NCBI RefSeq assembly: GCF_035084215.1
Contig: NC_090338.1
Location: forward strand, 21,824,001-21,888,000
DNA length: 64,000 bases
Direction of reading: 5' to 3'
DNA from: Heptranchias perlo
Taxonomy: Eukaryota
The position numbers and the translations under genes are program-made. Each line of letters starts with the position of its first letter. The stretch's first letter is position 1. This document shows positions 49,378 through 63,453 of the stretch, in pieces. The notes beneath the pieces are model-generated. The model had not been told where the DNA came from, searched no databases, and saw only the letters and a program-made list of their open reading frames with translations.

Positions 49378-51275
49378 AACAACTCCAACAACTTGCATTT
49401 ATATAGCGCCTTTAACATAGTAAAACTTCCCAAGGCGCAACATACAAGCATTATCAAATAAAATTTCACACCGAGCCACATAAGGAGATATTAGGACAGG
49501 ATCTTGGTCAAAGAAGTAGGTTTTAAGGTGCGTCTTAAAGGAGGAGAGAGAGGCAGACAGGCAGAGAGGTTTAGGGAGGGAATTCCAGAGCTTAGAGCCC
49601 AGGCAGCTGAAGGCACAGTCGCCAATGGTGGATCGATTAAAATCAGGGATGCGCAAGAGGCCAAAATTGGAGGAGCGCAGAGACCCCAGAGAGTTGTAGG
49701 GCTGGAGGAGGTTACATAGAAACATTAGATAGAAAATAGGAACAAGAGTAGGCCATTCGGCCCTTTGGGCCTGCTCCGCCATTCAAAATGATCATGGCTG
49801 ATCGTCTTACTCAATACCCTGTTCCCGCTTTTTCCCCATATCCCTTGATCCTTTAAGCATTAAGAAATATATCTATCTCCTTTTTGAATACATCTAATGA
49901 CTTAGCCTCCAATGCCTTCTGTGGTAGAGAATTTTCACAGGTTCACCACCCTCTGAGTGAAGAAATTTCTCCTCATCTCGGTTCTAAATGGCATACCCCA
50001 TATCCTGAGACTGTGACCCCTGGTTCTGGACTCCCCAGCCATCGGGAACATCCTCCCTGCATCTAGTCTGTCTAGTCCTGTTAGAATTTTATATGTTTCG
50101 ATGAGATCACCTCTCATTCTTCTAAACTCGAGTGAATATAGGCCTAGCCGACCAAATCTCTCCTCATTCGTCAGTCCTGCCATTCCAGGAATCAGTCTGG
50201 TAAACCTTCATTGTACTTTCTCCATGGCAAGGACATCCTCCCTCAGATAAGGAGACAAAACTGCACACAATACTCCAGATGTGGTCTCACCAAGGCCCTG
50301 TATAACTGCATTAAGACATCCCTGCTCCTCTACTCAAATCCTCTTGCAATGAAGGCCAACATACCATTCGCCATCCTAACTGTTTGCTGCACCTGAATGC
50401 TCGCTTTCAACGACTGGTGTACAAGGACACCCAGGTCTCGTTGCACCTCCCTTTTTCCCAATCTATCACCATTCAGATAATAATCTGCCTTTCTGTTTTT
50501 ACAACCAAAGTGGATAACCTCACATTTATCCACGTTATACTGCATCTGCCATGTTCTTGCCCACTCCCCCAACTTGTCTAAATCACATTGGAGCCTCTTT
50601 GCATCCTCCTCACAGCTCACATTCCACCCCAGCTTTGTGTCGTCTGCAAACTTGGAAATGTTACATTTAGTTCCCTCATCCAAATCATTGATATATATTG
50701 TGAATAGCTGGGGCCCAAGCACTGATCCCTGCGGTACCCGACTAGTCACTGCCTGCCACCCGGAAAAAGACCCGTTTATTCTTACTCTCTGTTTCCTGTC
50801 TGTCAACCAATTCTCAATCCATGCCAGTATATTCCCCCCAATCCCATGTGCTATAATTTTGCACACTAACCTCTTCTGTGGGACCTTATCAAAAGCCTTC
50901 TGAAAATCCAAATACATCCACTGGTTCTCCCCTATCTATTCTACTAGTTACATCCTCAAAAAACTCCAGTAGATTTGTTAAGCATGATTTCCCTTTCATA
51001 AACCCATGCTGACTTCGTCCAATCCCGTTAATGCCTTCCGTGTGTTCTGTTATCACATCTTTTATAATAGACTCTAGCATTTTCCCCATTACTGATGTTA
51101 GGCTAACTACAGAGATAGGGAGGGGCAAGGCCATGGAAGGGATTTGAAAACTAGGATGAGAATTTTAAAATCGAGGCGTTCCCGGACCTGGAGTCAATGT
51201 AGGTCAGCGAGCGCAGGAGTGATGGGTGAACGGGACTTGGTGCGAGTTAGGATACGGGCAGCAGAGTTTTGGATT
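49378..51275 (-). mobile_element. L2 LINE 3' part split by a CR1
   Basis: Tail caacaacttgcatttatatagcgcctttaac; AFSCLGSKLWNSLP..SSFKTHLKTYFF; sequence resumes at 51111. Confidence 0.88.
49717..51107 (-). mobile_element. CR1 LINE (RT and 3' end) nested in L2
   Basis: YLDFQKAFDKVP..VPQGSVLGPQLFTIYINDL..KFADDTKLG; taca at both junctions (49713 and 51108). Confidence 0.96.
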
Positions 51276-51439
51276 GATTTTCAATTGGAGCCCTTTATAA
51301 ATCATAGAACCCGATTTACATATAGTAATGAGGCCTCTGCTGATTCAGTAGATATGGCGATGGAATGGAACAGTAAGCGATGCACAGTGGTTTTAAATTT
51401 GTTACCACACCATTTCCACTGAGTGGGCTAAGTCAAAAT

Positions 51440-51900
51440 ACCTGAAATGAGAGTTTATAACTATCAGGGAAGACTAAACAGGCTTGGGGGTCTTTTCTCT
51501 AGAAAAGAGAAGGTTGAGCGGTGACCTATTAGAGGTCTTCAAAATTATGAAGGGAATCGATAGGATAGACGTAGAGAAGATGTTTCCTCATATGGGGAGT
51601 CCAAAACTAAGGGCCATAAATATAAGATAGTCACTAATAAATCCAATAAGGAATTCTGGTGAAACTTCTTCACCCAGAGAATGGTTAGGATGTGGAACGT
51701 GCTACCACAGGAGTGGTTGAGCCAATGAGCATAGATGCATTTAAGGGGAAGGTTGATAAGCACATGAGGGAGAAAGGAATAAATAGAAGGATATGTTGAT
51801 AGGGTGAGATGAAGTAAGGTGGGAGAGGCTCGTGTGGAGCATAAACGCCTGCATAGACCAGTTGGGCTGAATGGCCTGTTTCTGTGCTATAAATACTATG
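51440..51900 (+). mobile_element. CR1 3' fragment (same subfamily as 8521-9017)
   Basis: EKRRLSGDLLEVFKIMKGIDR; gtcactaataaatccaataaggaa is shared with 8760. Confidence 0.9.
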
Positions 51901-54028
51901 TGGTCCTGATGTGGAATAAAAGCGAAGGTAACAGGAAACAATTTTAATTACAACTACTGATTAGTGGGATTGAATTTCCTGAGTGATCAACAAATTTAAT
52001 AATTGAGGAATTGAATCATACAGACCAGGAAGGCCCAAGTTCAGTTCCCATGTTGTGATGAGTTAGCTGACCTCAGTCAGAGTACTCGTTAGGAAGCAGA
52101 TAATTAGCCAGGGTTTCCATTCCTGATTGTTAACCAACTTCTGGAAGAACCTAGGTTTGCTATGATTGATGAGCCCAACAAGAAATATAAGCAAAATTGA
52201 GGAGTACATCTTCACCATCCACTTGATTCCAACAAACTTCTTTATTTACGCAAAGTAACAAGGGAGCAGGGTTGCCTACATGTCTCTGTTGTGCCTTTAT
52301 GAGAAAATAGCAACTTTTCTGTCGTTGCGACAGCTTCTTTTTTTATGGCCCTTTAAGAGTTGATTTTACAATCACCAATGAAGTGCACTACAGGCCAAGC
52401 TCTTTGGGCAAGCTTTTTCTGTACTTGTACCTTATTCAAAATAGGGGTTAGGGCTTATATTGCAGACTTTCAGCACAATCCGCTTGTCATGGTACAGGTT
52501 TGTCCACACCATGGGCATGCACACACTCAATATTTTCATATTGCAAAATGCTTTGATGTCCTAAGAGAAATAGGTTTGCTAGATCTCAGTCAAATTGTAT
52601 GTGGGCATAAGTCTACAGCAGAAAGCTGCCCATAATTAGACACTAAATGGCACCATTTTGACTGCCACATGTGGAACGGTCAAAAGGATGGCTTATGTGG
52701 AAAGTGCAGCAGAAGATGTCCTTCTGGGGTTGAGGTTAATGTCCATTGTTGAGGCAGTATACAGGACAGGTTTTAATTTGCATCTAACCTGTGCAATTTG
52801 TGTCATGGAAATGCTTCATGCAGACACTGGATGTAAAAAAAATGTTTGACATCCCACATCTTTCAGAGTACAAATTAATAAGACATCAATAACTGGCACG
52901 TGCCATAATGATAACAGGCCCTTTATAGGCAGCAAAACAGGCAACAATATTTGCGACTTCTGAATGGTGCTCCAGAGACAGAATCGAAAGATTCAGTGAT
53001 AGATTTAAGAAATGAATAGGTACGTGACTGTATTGTAATTTCAGACTAATTGTGCGTTATAGGCAGCTAGATTCATTTGCAAAAACACTGCATTGTAAAC
53101 TTTCTCCTCTCAAACAGCTTATTTTAAATTGTCACGGAATTATAGATTTTGTACTACATAATTCAAAAATCTGGAGCTCCACTCCCATTTTTACTGTATT
53201 ACTGCAAAGTCTCCATGGCCATGGGACATGTGGTGGGATTTTCCTTTTTCATAGATATTAACTGACCTCTTAAAAAAAAATTAGAATCCTAGTTTCTGTG
53301 GAGTGGCAGAACACAATTTCTCAATTGTGACTGTTTTGTAGCGTACCTTTCTCATGTTAAACATAATGAGAATATTAAAACTCTGAAATAAGCAGGCAGC
53401 CCTGTGCTTTCATTACATAGATTTATTCAAGTAGTACATGTAACCCTGACAGAATAAATATTAATATTGCACCTGCTGTTTGATCTTTAAATGACTAAAA
53501 CCTATGGCTGTTCCTTGTACAATGTCTCCTCCTCCATTGCACAATGTCGAGAATGGACACCTTTATGTGATTCATTGGGTTACACGATTAAGCAATTTGC
53601 ATTAGAATGTATGGGATTAGTCCCACATCAGAATCCCCCAGCACTAAATGTTTTGCTTTCATTATTTAGGGATGATATTTCTAATGAACATCAGGAAAAT
53701 TAAACAAGGATGCACTGAAGTTCTCAATTCATTTTATTTCTGCATTTTAGGGGATTTTAAATGGTGTGCCCTTCTATTCTCTCAGATGAATAGGGATTTT
53801 CATTAGACTCTCGTGAAACATGGAGCCCAGGCCATGAAGAAATGTGACATAAATAGATAGACTTGCCTTTGAAGATCAAAATATTACAGAAATAGTGTCC
53901 AACACATCCATATTGAAGAAAACGTCCTCTGTTTAAAAAAAATATTGTTTGTTAGAAAACATAATGCAATGAGTTGTGACGTACTGAATCTAACATAGGA
54001 ATATTCTGCAAGCCAATATGATTACAGT

Positions 54029-54736
54029 GGGCCATCTAGTCTGCCGTTGGTTAGACTTGCCCTTGCACGTTACAGTTTTTAAATTTTTTGTGTGGCAAGT
54101 TGCTGAAATTGCAAGCTGATAACGTCACAGCGAGGGAAACAGGGCATCTGTGTATCTCCTTAAACAATCGGATAGAAGGATTGTGAAATTAACAACGCAA
54201 GGACTGAGAAGGAATTGTAAATTAGAATGGGTGAATTCAACGTCAAATCAGGTACAAAAAGAGAAATGGGGAGAGGGAAAAAAAGATTGGATTAAGAGAG
54301 AGAAAAAAAAAGAGACAGTAAAAAAAAAAGGCTACTTTTTAAATTTTATATTTTTAAAATCTCCAATAACAATTAAAACTTGAAGGAATGAGACTCCAGA
54401 CTTGTAATAGTTAATTTTCAGTGGCAGAGAGGTTGACTGGCAGTAATTAACACTTATCACATTGTTAAAAGGGTAATTAGATGGAAATGGACAAGATTTA
54501 ACTTTCTGTGGCGAGTTTAGTTCGCGCAAATAAAGCAACTTCACGCCATTCCATGCATTCCAATGGTGAGGCAGATGGTGAGATGTCGTTTTCGCGAAGC
54601 TAACGGACAGCAACTTTTGGATTTTTGAGTTTAACCCCGCATCTGTTCTTTGCCTGAAGTTTCTGTAGCATTTGTATGCATAGATAACGGCAAGCGTCAT
54701 TAGCCTCACCATTATTTTGACAGCAAGTTCTGGCCC
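54029..54736. mobile_element. Possible non-autonomous DNA transposon (Harbinger-like end)
   Basis: Right end gcaagttctggccc, left end gggcca; CpG-enriched interior. Confidence 0.4.
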
Positions 54737-55054
54737 ATACAATTTGAGTGGAGTGTTACCATTCTGTGAATTCAACATGCCATAAACACCCCTTTAAGCA
54801 AGGAGTGAAGCCTTGGTTTTCATGGCCTTCAATAGGTTACTGCTGGCTGTGAATCTTACCAATAGGTGTAGTTTGCACTGCTGCCAACAACCAGCAAATT
54901 AAAGTATTCATGAGCCATCTGTTGCAATTTGAACCTTCCCACAGTACTTCAAACTTGCAATTGGAGCAAAAGGGCAGTTTCCATAAGCTAACTAAGCGGC
55001 AGATGAGCTGAACCTTGCACGTTTATGCATGCTACGAATTACGTATGAACGTAA

Positions 55055-56372
55055 GCACATAAGAAATAGGAGCAGGAGTAGGCCATACGGTCCCTCGAGC
55101 CTGCTCCGCCATTCAGTCAGATCATGGCTGATCTTCAACCTCAACTCCACTTTCCTGCCTGATCCCCAAATTCCTTGATTTCCCCTAGAGTCCAGAAATC
55201 TGTCTATCACAGCCTTGAATATACTCAACGACTCAGCATCCACAGCCCTCTGAGGTAGAGAATTCCAAAGATTCACAGCCCTCTGAGTGAAGAAATGCCT
55301 CCTCATCTCAGTTTTAAATGGCCGACGCCTTATCCTGCGACTATGCCCTCTAGTTCTGGACTCCCCAGCCAGGAGAAATAACCTCTCAGCCTCTACTCTG
55401 TCAAGCCCCCTTAGAATCTTACATGTTTCAATGAGATCCCCTCTCATTCTTCTAAACTCCAGAGAGTATAGGCCCATTCTACTCAACCTCTCCTCATAGG
55501 ACAACCCTCTCATCCCAGGAATTAATCTTGTGAACCTAAGTTGCACCACCTCTAAGGCAAGTATATCCTTCCTTAGACATGGAGACCAAAACTTTACGCA
55601 GTACTCCAGGTGAGGTCTCACCAAAGCCCTGTACAATTGTAGTAAGACTTCCTTACTGTTGCACTCCACCCCCTTGCAATAAAGGCCAACATGCCATTTG
55701 CGTTCCTAATTGCTTGCTATACGTGCAAGCTAACTTTTTGTGTTTTCTTGTACCAGGACACCCAAGTGTCTCTGGACACCAACATTTAATAAATTCTCAC
55801 CATTTAAAAAATATTCTGTTTTTCTATTCTTCCTACCAAAGTGAATAACCTCACATTTCCCCACATTATACACCATCTGCCACCTTCTTGCCCACTCACT
55901 TAACCTGTCTATATCCCTTTGCAGACTCTTTGTGTCCTCCTCACAGCTTACTTTCCCACCTAGCTTTGTATCGCCAGCAAGCTTGGATACATTACACTCG
56001 GTCCCTTCATCAACATAGATTGTAAATAGCTGAGGCCCAAGCACCGATCCTTGCAGTACCCCACTAATTACAACCTGCCAACCTGAAAATGGCCCGTTTA
56101 TCCCGACTCTCTGTTTCCTGTCCATTAACCAATCCTCTATCCATGCTAATATATTACCCCCATGAGCCCTTCTCTTGCATTACAACCTTTTCAGTGGCAC
56201 CTTATTGAATGCTTTTTGAAAATCCAAATATACTACATCCCTTTATCTACCCTGCGAGTTACATCCTCAAAAAACTCCAATAAATTTGTCAAACATGATT
56301 TCCGTAATCTGCCTAGTCATATTATGATGTTCTAAGTGCCCTGTTACCACTTCCTTAATAATGGACTCCAGC
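55055..56372 (-). mobile_element. CR1 LINE (RT and 3' end), degenerate
   Basis: GVLQGSVLGPQLFTIY..LAGDTKLGG; 225-aa ORF with LLQLYRALVRPHLEYCVKFWSP..FFTQRAVNLWNSLP. Confidence 0.95.
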
Positions 56373-56682
56373 ATAGATAATGTGACACAAGTCTCCAGTA
56401 AATATAGCACAACATATCTACGAGAGACCATGTGGGATGCCCACCATGCTCGTCTGTCCACTCTGAAAGGTGGTCCATATCACAGTCAGACTATTATGTT
56501 CAAGCTGAAACTAATACTTGAATTTATTTACAAGCAATTTTCACAAACTCTCTATAGGATACGACACAAATTTTAGGGGGGAATTCTTTTTTACCAATAA
56601 GATAATTATACAGAAGCAGGAAAATCTTCCATTTTCGTTAATTTCTGCTTCATTTTCTGTCATTTCAGCCTCATTTATGTTT

Positions 56683-56902
56683 AGAAAAGAAAGACTTGAA
56701 TTTATATAGCATCTTTCACGACCTCAGGACGTCCCAAAGTGCTTTACAGCCAGGGAAGTACATTTGAAGTGTAGTCACTGTTGTAATGTAAGAAACGCGG
56801 CAGCCAATTTGCACACAGCAAGGCCCCATAAACAGCGATGTGATAATGACCAGATAATCTTTTTAGTCTTGTTAGTTGATGGATAAATATTGGCCAGGAC
56901 AC
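56683..56902 (-). mobile_element. DeuSINE-type SINE 3' half
   Basis: Colinear with 34371-34590. Confidence 0.88.
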
Positions 56903-57289
56903 ATGCATAATAACGCAATTTAAAAATGGTGTTCAAGATTGCTCGGCACTACTTTGAAGTTGGAAGTAACTTCAAAGTGACAAACTTATTTAATGCCAGG
57001 TGCTGTAAAAGCCTTACTGTATAATTTTTTAAAACATTTTTTTACTGTTACCACCTAGTTTGTTCTCCACCTTTTCTGAGAGGTTGACATTGCTTCCCTC
57101 CTCATGTCAGACAGAGCCCATTGGACTTCCCATTGGGAATGCCTCTTTATCTTTGCTTGTGGGAAGAAAAAGAAGAGGAGAAATGGAGGGAGACCAAGTT
57201 AGTGACACTGCACTTTCGGCACATAGCACACATTCACCAGCTACCCCACAACAGAGTATAATGCCTGAAGCTTAGCTTTACAAAGAAAG

Positions 57290-57500
57290 GTGTAACGGAG
57301 TTATGCCATGTTGCAAAAGGACCTGCAGCCCAACTTTACCATATGCACTGCTCTACTGGTGGCTGTTATTGTCCTTAACTTCTAGGCTACAGGGTTATTC
57401 CAGGTTGTCAAAGGGGACACCTGTAACAGAAGCCAAAGCAGCTGTGCACAGATGCATCAAGCAAGTCATGGTTGCATTGTTCCTCTAGAGCTAGTGGCAA
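57290..57500 (+). pseudogene. Harbinger transposase N-terminal remnant
   Basis: YAMLQKDLQPNFTICTALLVAVIVLNF*ATGLFQVVKGDTCNRSQ / AAVHRCIKQVMVALF. Confidence 0.75.
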
Positions 57501-58309
57501 AATAGTTTCACTTGACAGTGCCCCATTACCATCGTGTAAGATTTGAGCAAAATACAGGTTGCCACCAGGAAAAAATTAACCCAGATCTTGAATGAGATCC
57601 AGAAGGTAAGTAAGGAGCGAGGGATTGGAAAGATGCAGTCTGACAAAACTTCAGCAGTAACCATGGATCTGTGTGTGAGAGAGAGAGATTACGTGCTGTA
57701 GCATTGCTGTCTCCCCAATCAGCCTTTCACAGCAAAATAATAAAAAGAATGATGGCATGTGCTTCAGCTCCTGAAACGTGGACTGTAAATTTACAGCAAG
57801 CAAGCATGAAGTCACAGCCTGCCAGCATTTAGTTAATCTGCAGCCATGAAAATACGTTTCTTGTTAAATTATGAGGTTAAAAGTAACGGCAACTTTCAAA
57901 CGAGAGCAAAATAAATTTCAACGTGCAATTCAAGTAGTTTTTAATCAGCATTTTGAATAGCTTACAAGATAGAACGGCAGGAGCCGCATGTTGATTTATG
58001 CCTGAAACATATGGTGATTGATGTCTCTTAGCTTGCTTTCCATGAATAGAATATGGCTGTATGTCTTTTTTCTCTATTCCTCTTTGTTTTTTCACACCTA
58101 TAGAAAAAAAAAGGGTGCCTTCGGGAGTAGTCACCATTCCTTCATGTTGTGTTTCATAATTAAGGAAACTCAACGTTGCCAACAACTTGGCACAGTCAGT
58201 GAAACGACAAGGACACATCTGTAGTTCTCATAAAAATGTGCATTGCTAAAGAATCCTATAATGGGTATCAGTTCGCAAAGGACAAAACAGTCACACTCCA
58301 TAGCCAGGC

Positions 58310-58760
58310 CAGTTCATGACAAGACTGATTGTCCTATGAATGACTGTGTCTATAGCTGGACTGAATGTCTCAGCACTGATTGTGTATCTATTAGGCCTGA
58401 CAGTCTCAATACTGTCTGTGTTCATAACAAGACTGACTGTCTCAGTAATCTATTAGGACTGTTAATGCTGACTGTCAATAACAGGACTGGCTGCCTCAGT
58501 ACTGACAGGGGGTGCAATTTGTCTTGGGCTGAAGAGCAAAACGGGCGATAGCGCTGGGACAGCCATTTTTAAATTCCGCCTGTTTTTCTTTTCCATTGAA
58601 GTCAATGGAGGACCGGCTCCCCGATGTTTAAAATCACCCCATCTGTCACCTTACTGACTGTTTCCGTGGCAGGATTGACTGTCCTAGATTGACATAGTCT
58701 ATAAAAGGACAGACTGTACTAATGCTGAGTGTGTCTATGACTATACCAATACTGACTGTT
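58310..58760. repeat. Degenerate ~36-bp tandem repeat interrupted by a small MITE (58508-58640)
   Basis: gactgactgtctcaatactgactgtgtctata-like units; MITE ends ggggtgcaattt / aaaatcacccc with ttccattgaagtcaatgga inside. Confidence 0.7.
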
Positions 58761-58764
58761 ACAT

Positions 58765-59200
58765 TGAAACATAGAAGTTACCCCACGGAAAGAAGTCATC
58801 CGGCCTATCGTGCTTGTACCATTGCTCTCAAATGATCAATCTACCCTAATCCTATTTTCCTGCTCAATTCCCTGTGTCCCTTTATAATTTTTGTTTTCAT
58901 CATCCAATTCCCTTACAAATTATGTTCCAGCCTCTGCCTCAATGCACACTTGTGCAAAACCATTCTGAATTCTAATAACCCTTTGTGTGAAAATATTTGT
59001 TCTAACTTACTCCTTCATCTGCTAGTGATAATCCTGTGTCCCCCTTGATATCAATTCATCAATCACTAGAAAAAAAGTCATTATTTGCCCCCTGAAAACC
59101 CTTCATAATTTCAAAAACCTCATTCGCCTGAATTTCTCTGTTCCAAGCCAAAAAAAAGCCTCAATTTTTTGAGCTCTTAGCATAAGCAGCCTTTATTCTC
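58765..59200 (-). mobile_element. Old CR1 3' fragment
   Basis: Reverse complements of EVFEIMKGF and FHTKGY remnants, plus 3'UTR. Confidence 0.7.
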
Positions 59201-60599
59201 ATTACAGTACATCTTATCTAAGAGTGAACACTGGCATGAATATTATTTGGGAGTTGTGTGTCCTTTTTACAGGAGACGTTCACTGCATGTACAGTAAATG
59301 TGCCATTGATATAGCTGCTGGACCTATTGGAGGTATTGGACAAATGATAACTGATTCTTCCAGCACCAATGTAGCTTGTCCTTCTCAATCCATTGGTTAA
59401 AAAATGCAACTTACCCAGAAATGTCAAAGAAGTTAGTGTTGAGAGACGCAAGTCACGGAATACCAGATACAAATGAATTGCCAGCTTTTATTCAATGTGC
59501 GCTGTACATTTTCACAGCAAATGTGTGCATAGAGCATTTAATTTGTTACAAATTGCTACTGGTGTAACTGAAAATATTTTAATAATAATGAATGAATACA
59601 TGGACCCGTCTATTCATTACAGCCTCTTCGCAATCAGCTCTTCACGTTTATATAAAATGCATCTGTTTCTTCTTAATAAAACAATTCCTTAAAAAAACAT
59701 AGATTTTCTTTTGCAAAATAATTGTTCCCTCAAGTGGCGACAATCCATTCTACAAGCACAATACTCTTCAGATTGCAGAAATACTCACTGCTATTTTTCT
59801 GAGTACAATTTTCTCTTCAAAAAAAATAAATTCTCCTGTGCCTTGTGAATGGAATGTGACATTTCAATTCATGCACAGTAATAGTTTAGATTTCCGTTGC
59901 GGAGGATGGAATATGTATTGTTTTGTAAAGGCTTTTTTATTCACTGGTGATTATACTAAATTGACAGGTAAAACTGTGTCACACTGTGAAAGTGAGTGTT
60001 ATGCAGATGGCATGTTTACTATAATTCAGCTATGTTTGGGACAACAAAGAATGGGAAGGAGTGGCTGACATTTTTCTGTTCATGAATCTCTGCAAAAAAC
60101 AGTCATGAGTAAGAATGGTGGAATGTCAGAAGAGACTATCAATGGATTCATTTTCTGGGTTTGACGTACACTTAGCATTCTGACCACTTGAGAGCAAGTT
60201 TAAAATTCTAGTGAATACTTGGGGATGGATGGGTGGGGAAGGCCGTCTAACATATTAAGGCCTTGCTGAAGGTCAGTGATGAGGAACTTGTGCAGCATTC
60301 AACAGCTGTGGAGGCATGTTGAAGCAAGAGTGGTTAAGGTCAACCTGGCGTTAATGGGGACAACAAAGGCGAAGGGTTTTGGAGAAGCAGCAGAGGAGTG
60401 AATGTTACGGTTTTCTGCAGAATCCATTGCCATGCATGGTGTAATGGTGGTGGTGGAAGAGGAAGAAGGGGGGAGTCAGAAGTCCCAGAGCTCAGAGAGT
60501 ATCAGTAACCCACAAGTCACGGTGAGTATTACCCTAGGTTACAGGTTTACTGCAAAGGTATAGGTCCCGGCCTGCCTGTAGGGAGGCAGGGGGTCAGCA

Positions 60600-60790
60600 A
60601 CTTGGGCATCCTGGAAGAGCAGCATCTGAGGATGTTCAGTCTCACCAGGAAGACTGTGACAGAGATGTCCCATTGGTCCACAGGGATCTATAGAGATGGT
60701 CAAATACTACACTACTAATGTAAGTGAATTCCATCACTGTCCTCAATATTTATGTCACATGGACCTTCTAGGCATCCTGTCCTGTGCTTC
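60600..60790 (+). pseudogene. Highly decayed Harbinger transposase N-terminal remnant
   Basis: LEEQHLRMFSLTRKTVTEMSH..ITVLNIYVTWTF*AS parallels SEQQCTWRLRVARHVVVDIC..TTALNNFSSASFQ. Confidence 0.5.
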
Positions 60791-62447
60791 ACCATCCGTA
60801 ACAATTTCTTGCAGTGCCTGTGGTGATGTCTGCTTCAATTGGGGGTGGTGACAGGTGGTGCGCATATATGCTTTACTGTTCAGGTGTGCCTGGTTGTCCA
60901 CTGGATTCTTCTTGCTCTGTGAAGATGTTGTTGTTGTTGTTGAAGATGGATGGTATATTATGAGTATATAAGCATACTTGTCATTGCATATACTGTCATG
61001 TGCTTGTATATAATTAGGACACGTTCATATAATATATAATGCAAATCATGGAATACCTGACTAATATATTTGCCACAACTTCTGTCTCCAATCTCAGAGG
61101 ATTAAACCTATTTCAGATTATAAGAATCTCTATATTATGTATTCCCATAGGAATTTAGAATATACCAATATTTCAAAAACATTGAAATAGATTCTGTGAC
61201 TACGTTCTGGGAGAGATTGTTTGTTATCTTTATTTCTTTGTATTGGGTGAATGTGGGGAATGCACAACTCTATCTGGTATGTAGATGCCCACTTCACAGC
61301 AGAGTGATTTACCTCTACAGTGATTGCTTAACAAAGATTAAGAGACTCAAAGCCCACACATGTAATAGAAATGATTAATATTGAACATCTGTCAATTGCA
61401 TAAACTTACAGTCTGAAGTCTGAATTCAATTAAACTAAATCTTGTTTGACTAGACGTTATTTGTTGAGGTTTATGGATTCCTTTTACCTTTAAACTGTCA
61501 CTGAAAGAAGTGATTCAGAGTATAACAGGTTTGGTTAATTGTGCAGGAGATCCTCTTACCTTGCCTTATGTCAGCTCAGACATCAAAAGGAAGAGAGAGA
61601 TATGTGAAGGATGACATCCCATGTTTTGGGGGTTTCCTAGTTCACTGTGTCACTGTATGGGTAGCGATTGAATGAAAGACTGTTCGTTTCTGAGGTAAAG
61701 CTTTTTGCCCAGTCTCTTGATCAAATATTATTGAAGAGAATGTGTAAGACTTTGGATGAGATCAAGTAAAACTAAGTGAAGTGCTGTAGTCTGTCTAAAT
61801 CTGTTGCCTTGCTCTTGCTTCTATTTAATCTTTCTTCTAAATTAATGCAAACTAATAGATTTAATCTGAGCTAATTGTCTGTTAGTAAGGTGTTTTCTAT
61901 CAGTAAGTGAGATCAGGGGCTCGATTTTAGCACCCACGATCGGGCGGGGGGGGGCTACGACAATTGGGGATTCCCGGGGCGGGGCGGGAGCCCGGCTCCA
62001 ATCCGCCCCATTTCCGGGTTCCCCACTGACGCGCTGACATGCGCGCGCAGCCCCCGCATGTGGGACTCCCGCCAGCAATTAAAGCCGGCGAGGTGCCACT
62101 TAAGGTATTTATTTAGGTATTTCAAGTCGTTTAGAGACCTGATTAACATGATATTTTAGGAGGGGTGGGATTTTGCAAACAACTGGGACTGTTTCCCGTT
62201 CTGCGGGAAACACTCCCAGTTCAAATGGACGTGTTGCAGCCATCAGCCTGTGGCAGCTGCAAAGGTCCATTTGACAGGTTTGGGGGGGAGACCCTCACTC
62301 ATTGCTGGAGGCCACTCTGTCACCTTGGACAAAGTTTGGCCTCCACCACCCTCCTCCTAACAATAAAATTCATCAACTTGCACACTTACCTAGGTGTCCA
62401 GAGACATGTACCAACCTTGCAGACCCCCTCAGATGTGCATCTGCCGG

Positions 62448-62890
62448 ATGGGGGCCTCCGTACCTGCAGTCATGACCTCCTCGGAGGGCGAAAAGCATCA
62501 CCAACCTCGCCGGCCACGCCGTCCACCTCTAACACGTGGAGCTCCACAACACAGTGCGGTGACACATCCACCTGCACAGCAGGAGGGAGGGCAACGGCAG
62601 GGAGAGATGCGTCGCAGAGGACACTATCCTCATCACAGGGTCCACAGACTGAGGCTCAGCTTCCTAGAACTCTCTGAGCAGCAGTGCACATGGAGGCTCA
62701 GAGTCGCTCGACATGTAGTCGTGGACATCTGCAGCCTCCTTCATGCCGAGCTGCTCCCGGCTGGCCCGAGCACCATCTTCTTACCTGTCGCTGTCAAAGT
62801 CACCACTGCCCTCAACAACTTTTCCTCCGCATCCTTCCAGGGTGCCACCGGGGACATCGCCAACGTCTCTCAGTCGTCTGCACAAAAGAG
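62448..62890 (+). pseudogene. Harbinger transposase 5' part (HTH region; DDE domain missing)
   Basis: HRVHRLRLSFLELSEQQCTWRLRVARHVVVDICSLLHAELLP..LPVAVKVTTALNNFSSASFQGATGDIANVSQSSAQK, after which similarity is lost. Confidence 0.9.
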
Positions 62891-63453
62891 CCCTGCAAAT
62901 ACACCTACACCCACTCTGCAGTGACACAATGGGTGGCATCAGTTGTGGGTCTTCATTGTGAACCTCAGGAAAGGGCATTATTGCACAAACCAGACAAGAT
63001 TTGCAAAGACATGACAGTAGTGGTGCCAATATAATATGTAATGTGAGTTGATCAGAAATTAAATATAAGTAAAAACCATGACAAACCCTCAAACACCCTT
63101 GTGCATCCCCTTCATGCTCACGATACGTTGCCTTACGCTTCCTACTGCACATATGTGATGCATGCCCTGTGGCTGCAGCACGGGTAGTGGCAGGTTGAGT
63201 GAGGCTGACTGTGAAAGAGATGCATGAGAGGGTGAGTATGAGATAGAGCCATGAGATTGTATGAGGATTGGGTTGAGTGGTAGTGGCGGGATGAGTACTG
63301 GCGAGGTGAGTAGGTGCAGGTAAGATGAGGATGAGGTTTGAGTGGGTGTGAGGAGTGATGTGACAGAGCAGTGTTGGCTGTACAGAAGGAGATGTGGGGG
63401 TGGGGGCGGTGATGTGGCAGACGGAGTGTAGGGGAATGAGTAAGTGTACTCAC

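Noticed and set aside
54992-55669. Longest ORF (225 aa) as a gene
   Set aside because: CR1 ORF2 C-terminus reading into the 3'UTR; the upstream RT region is frameshifted.
57551-57612. Possible exon ending in a strong AAG|GTAAGT donor
   Set aside because: No polypyrimidine tract at the nearest AG, no teneurin similarity, and it adjoins a Harbinger remnant.
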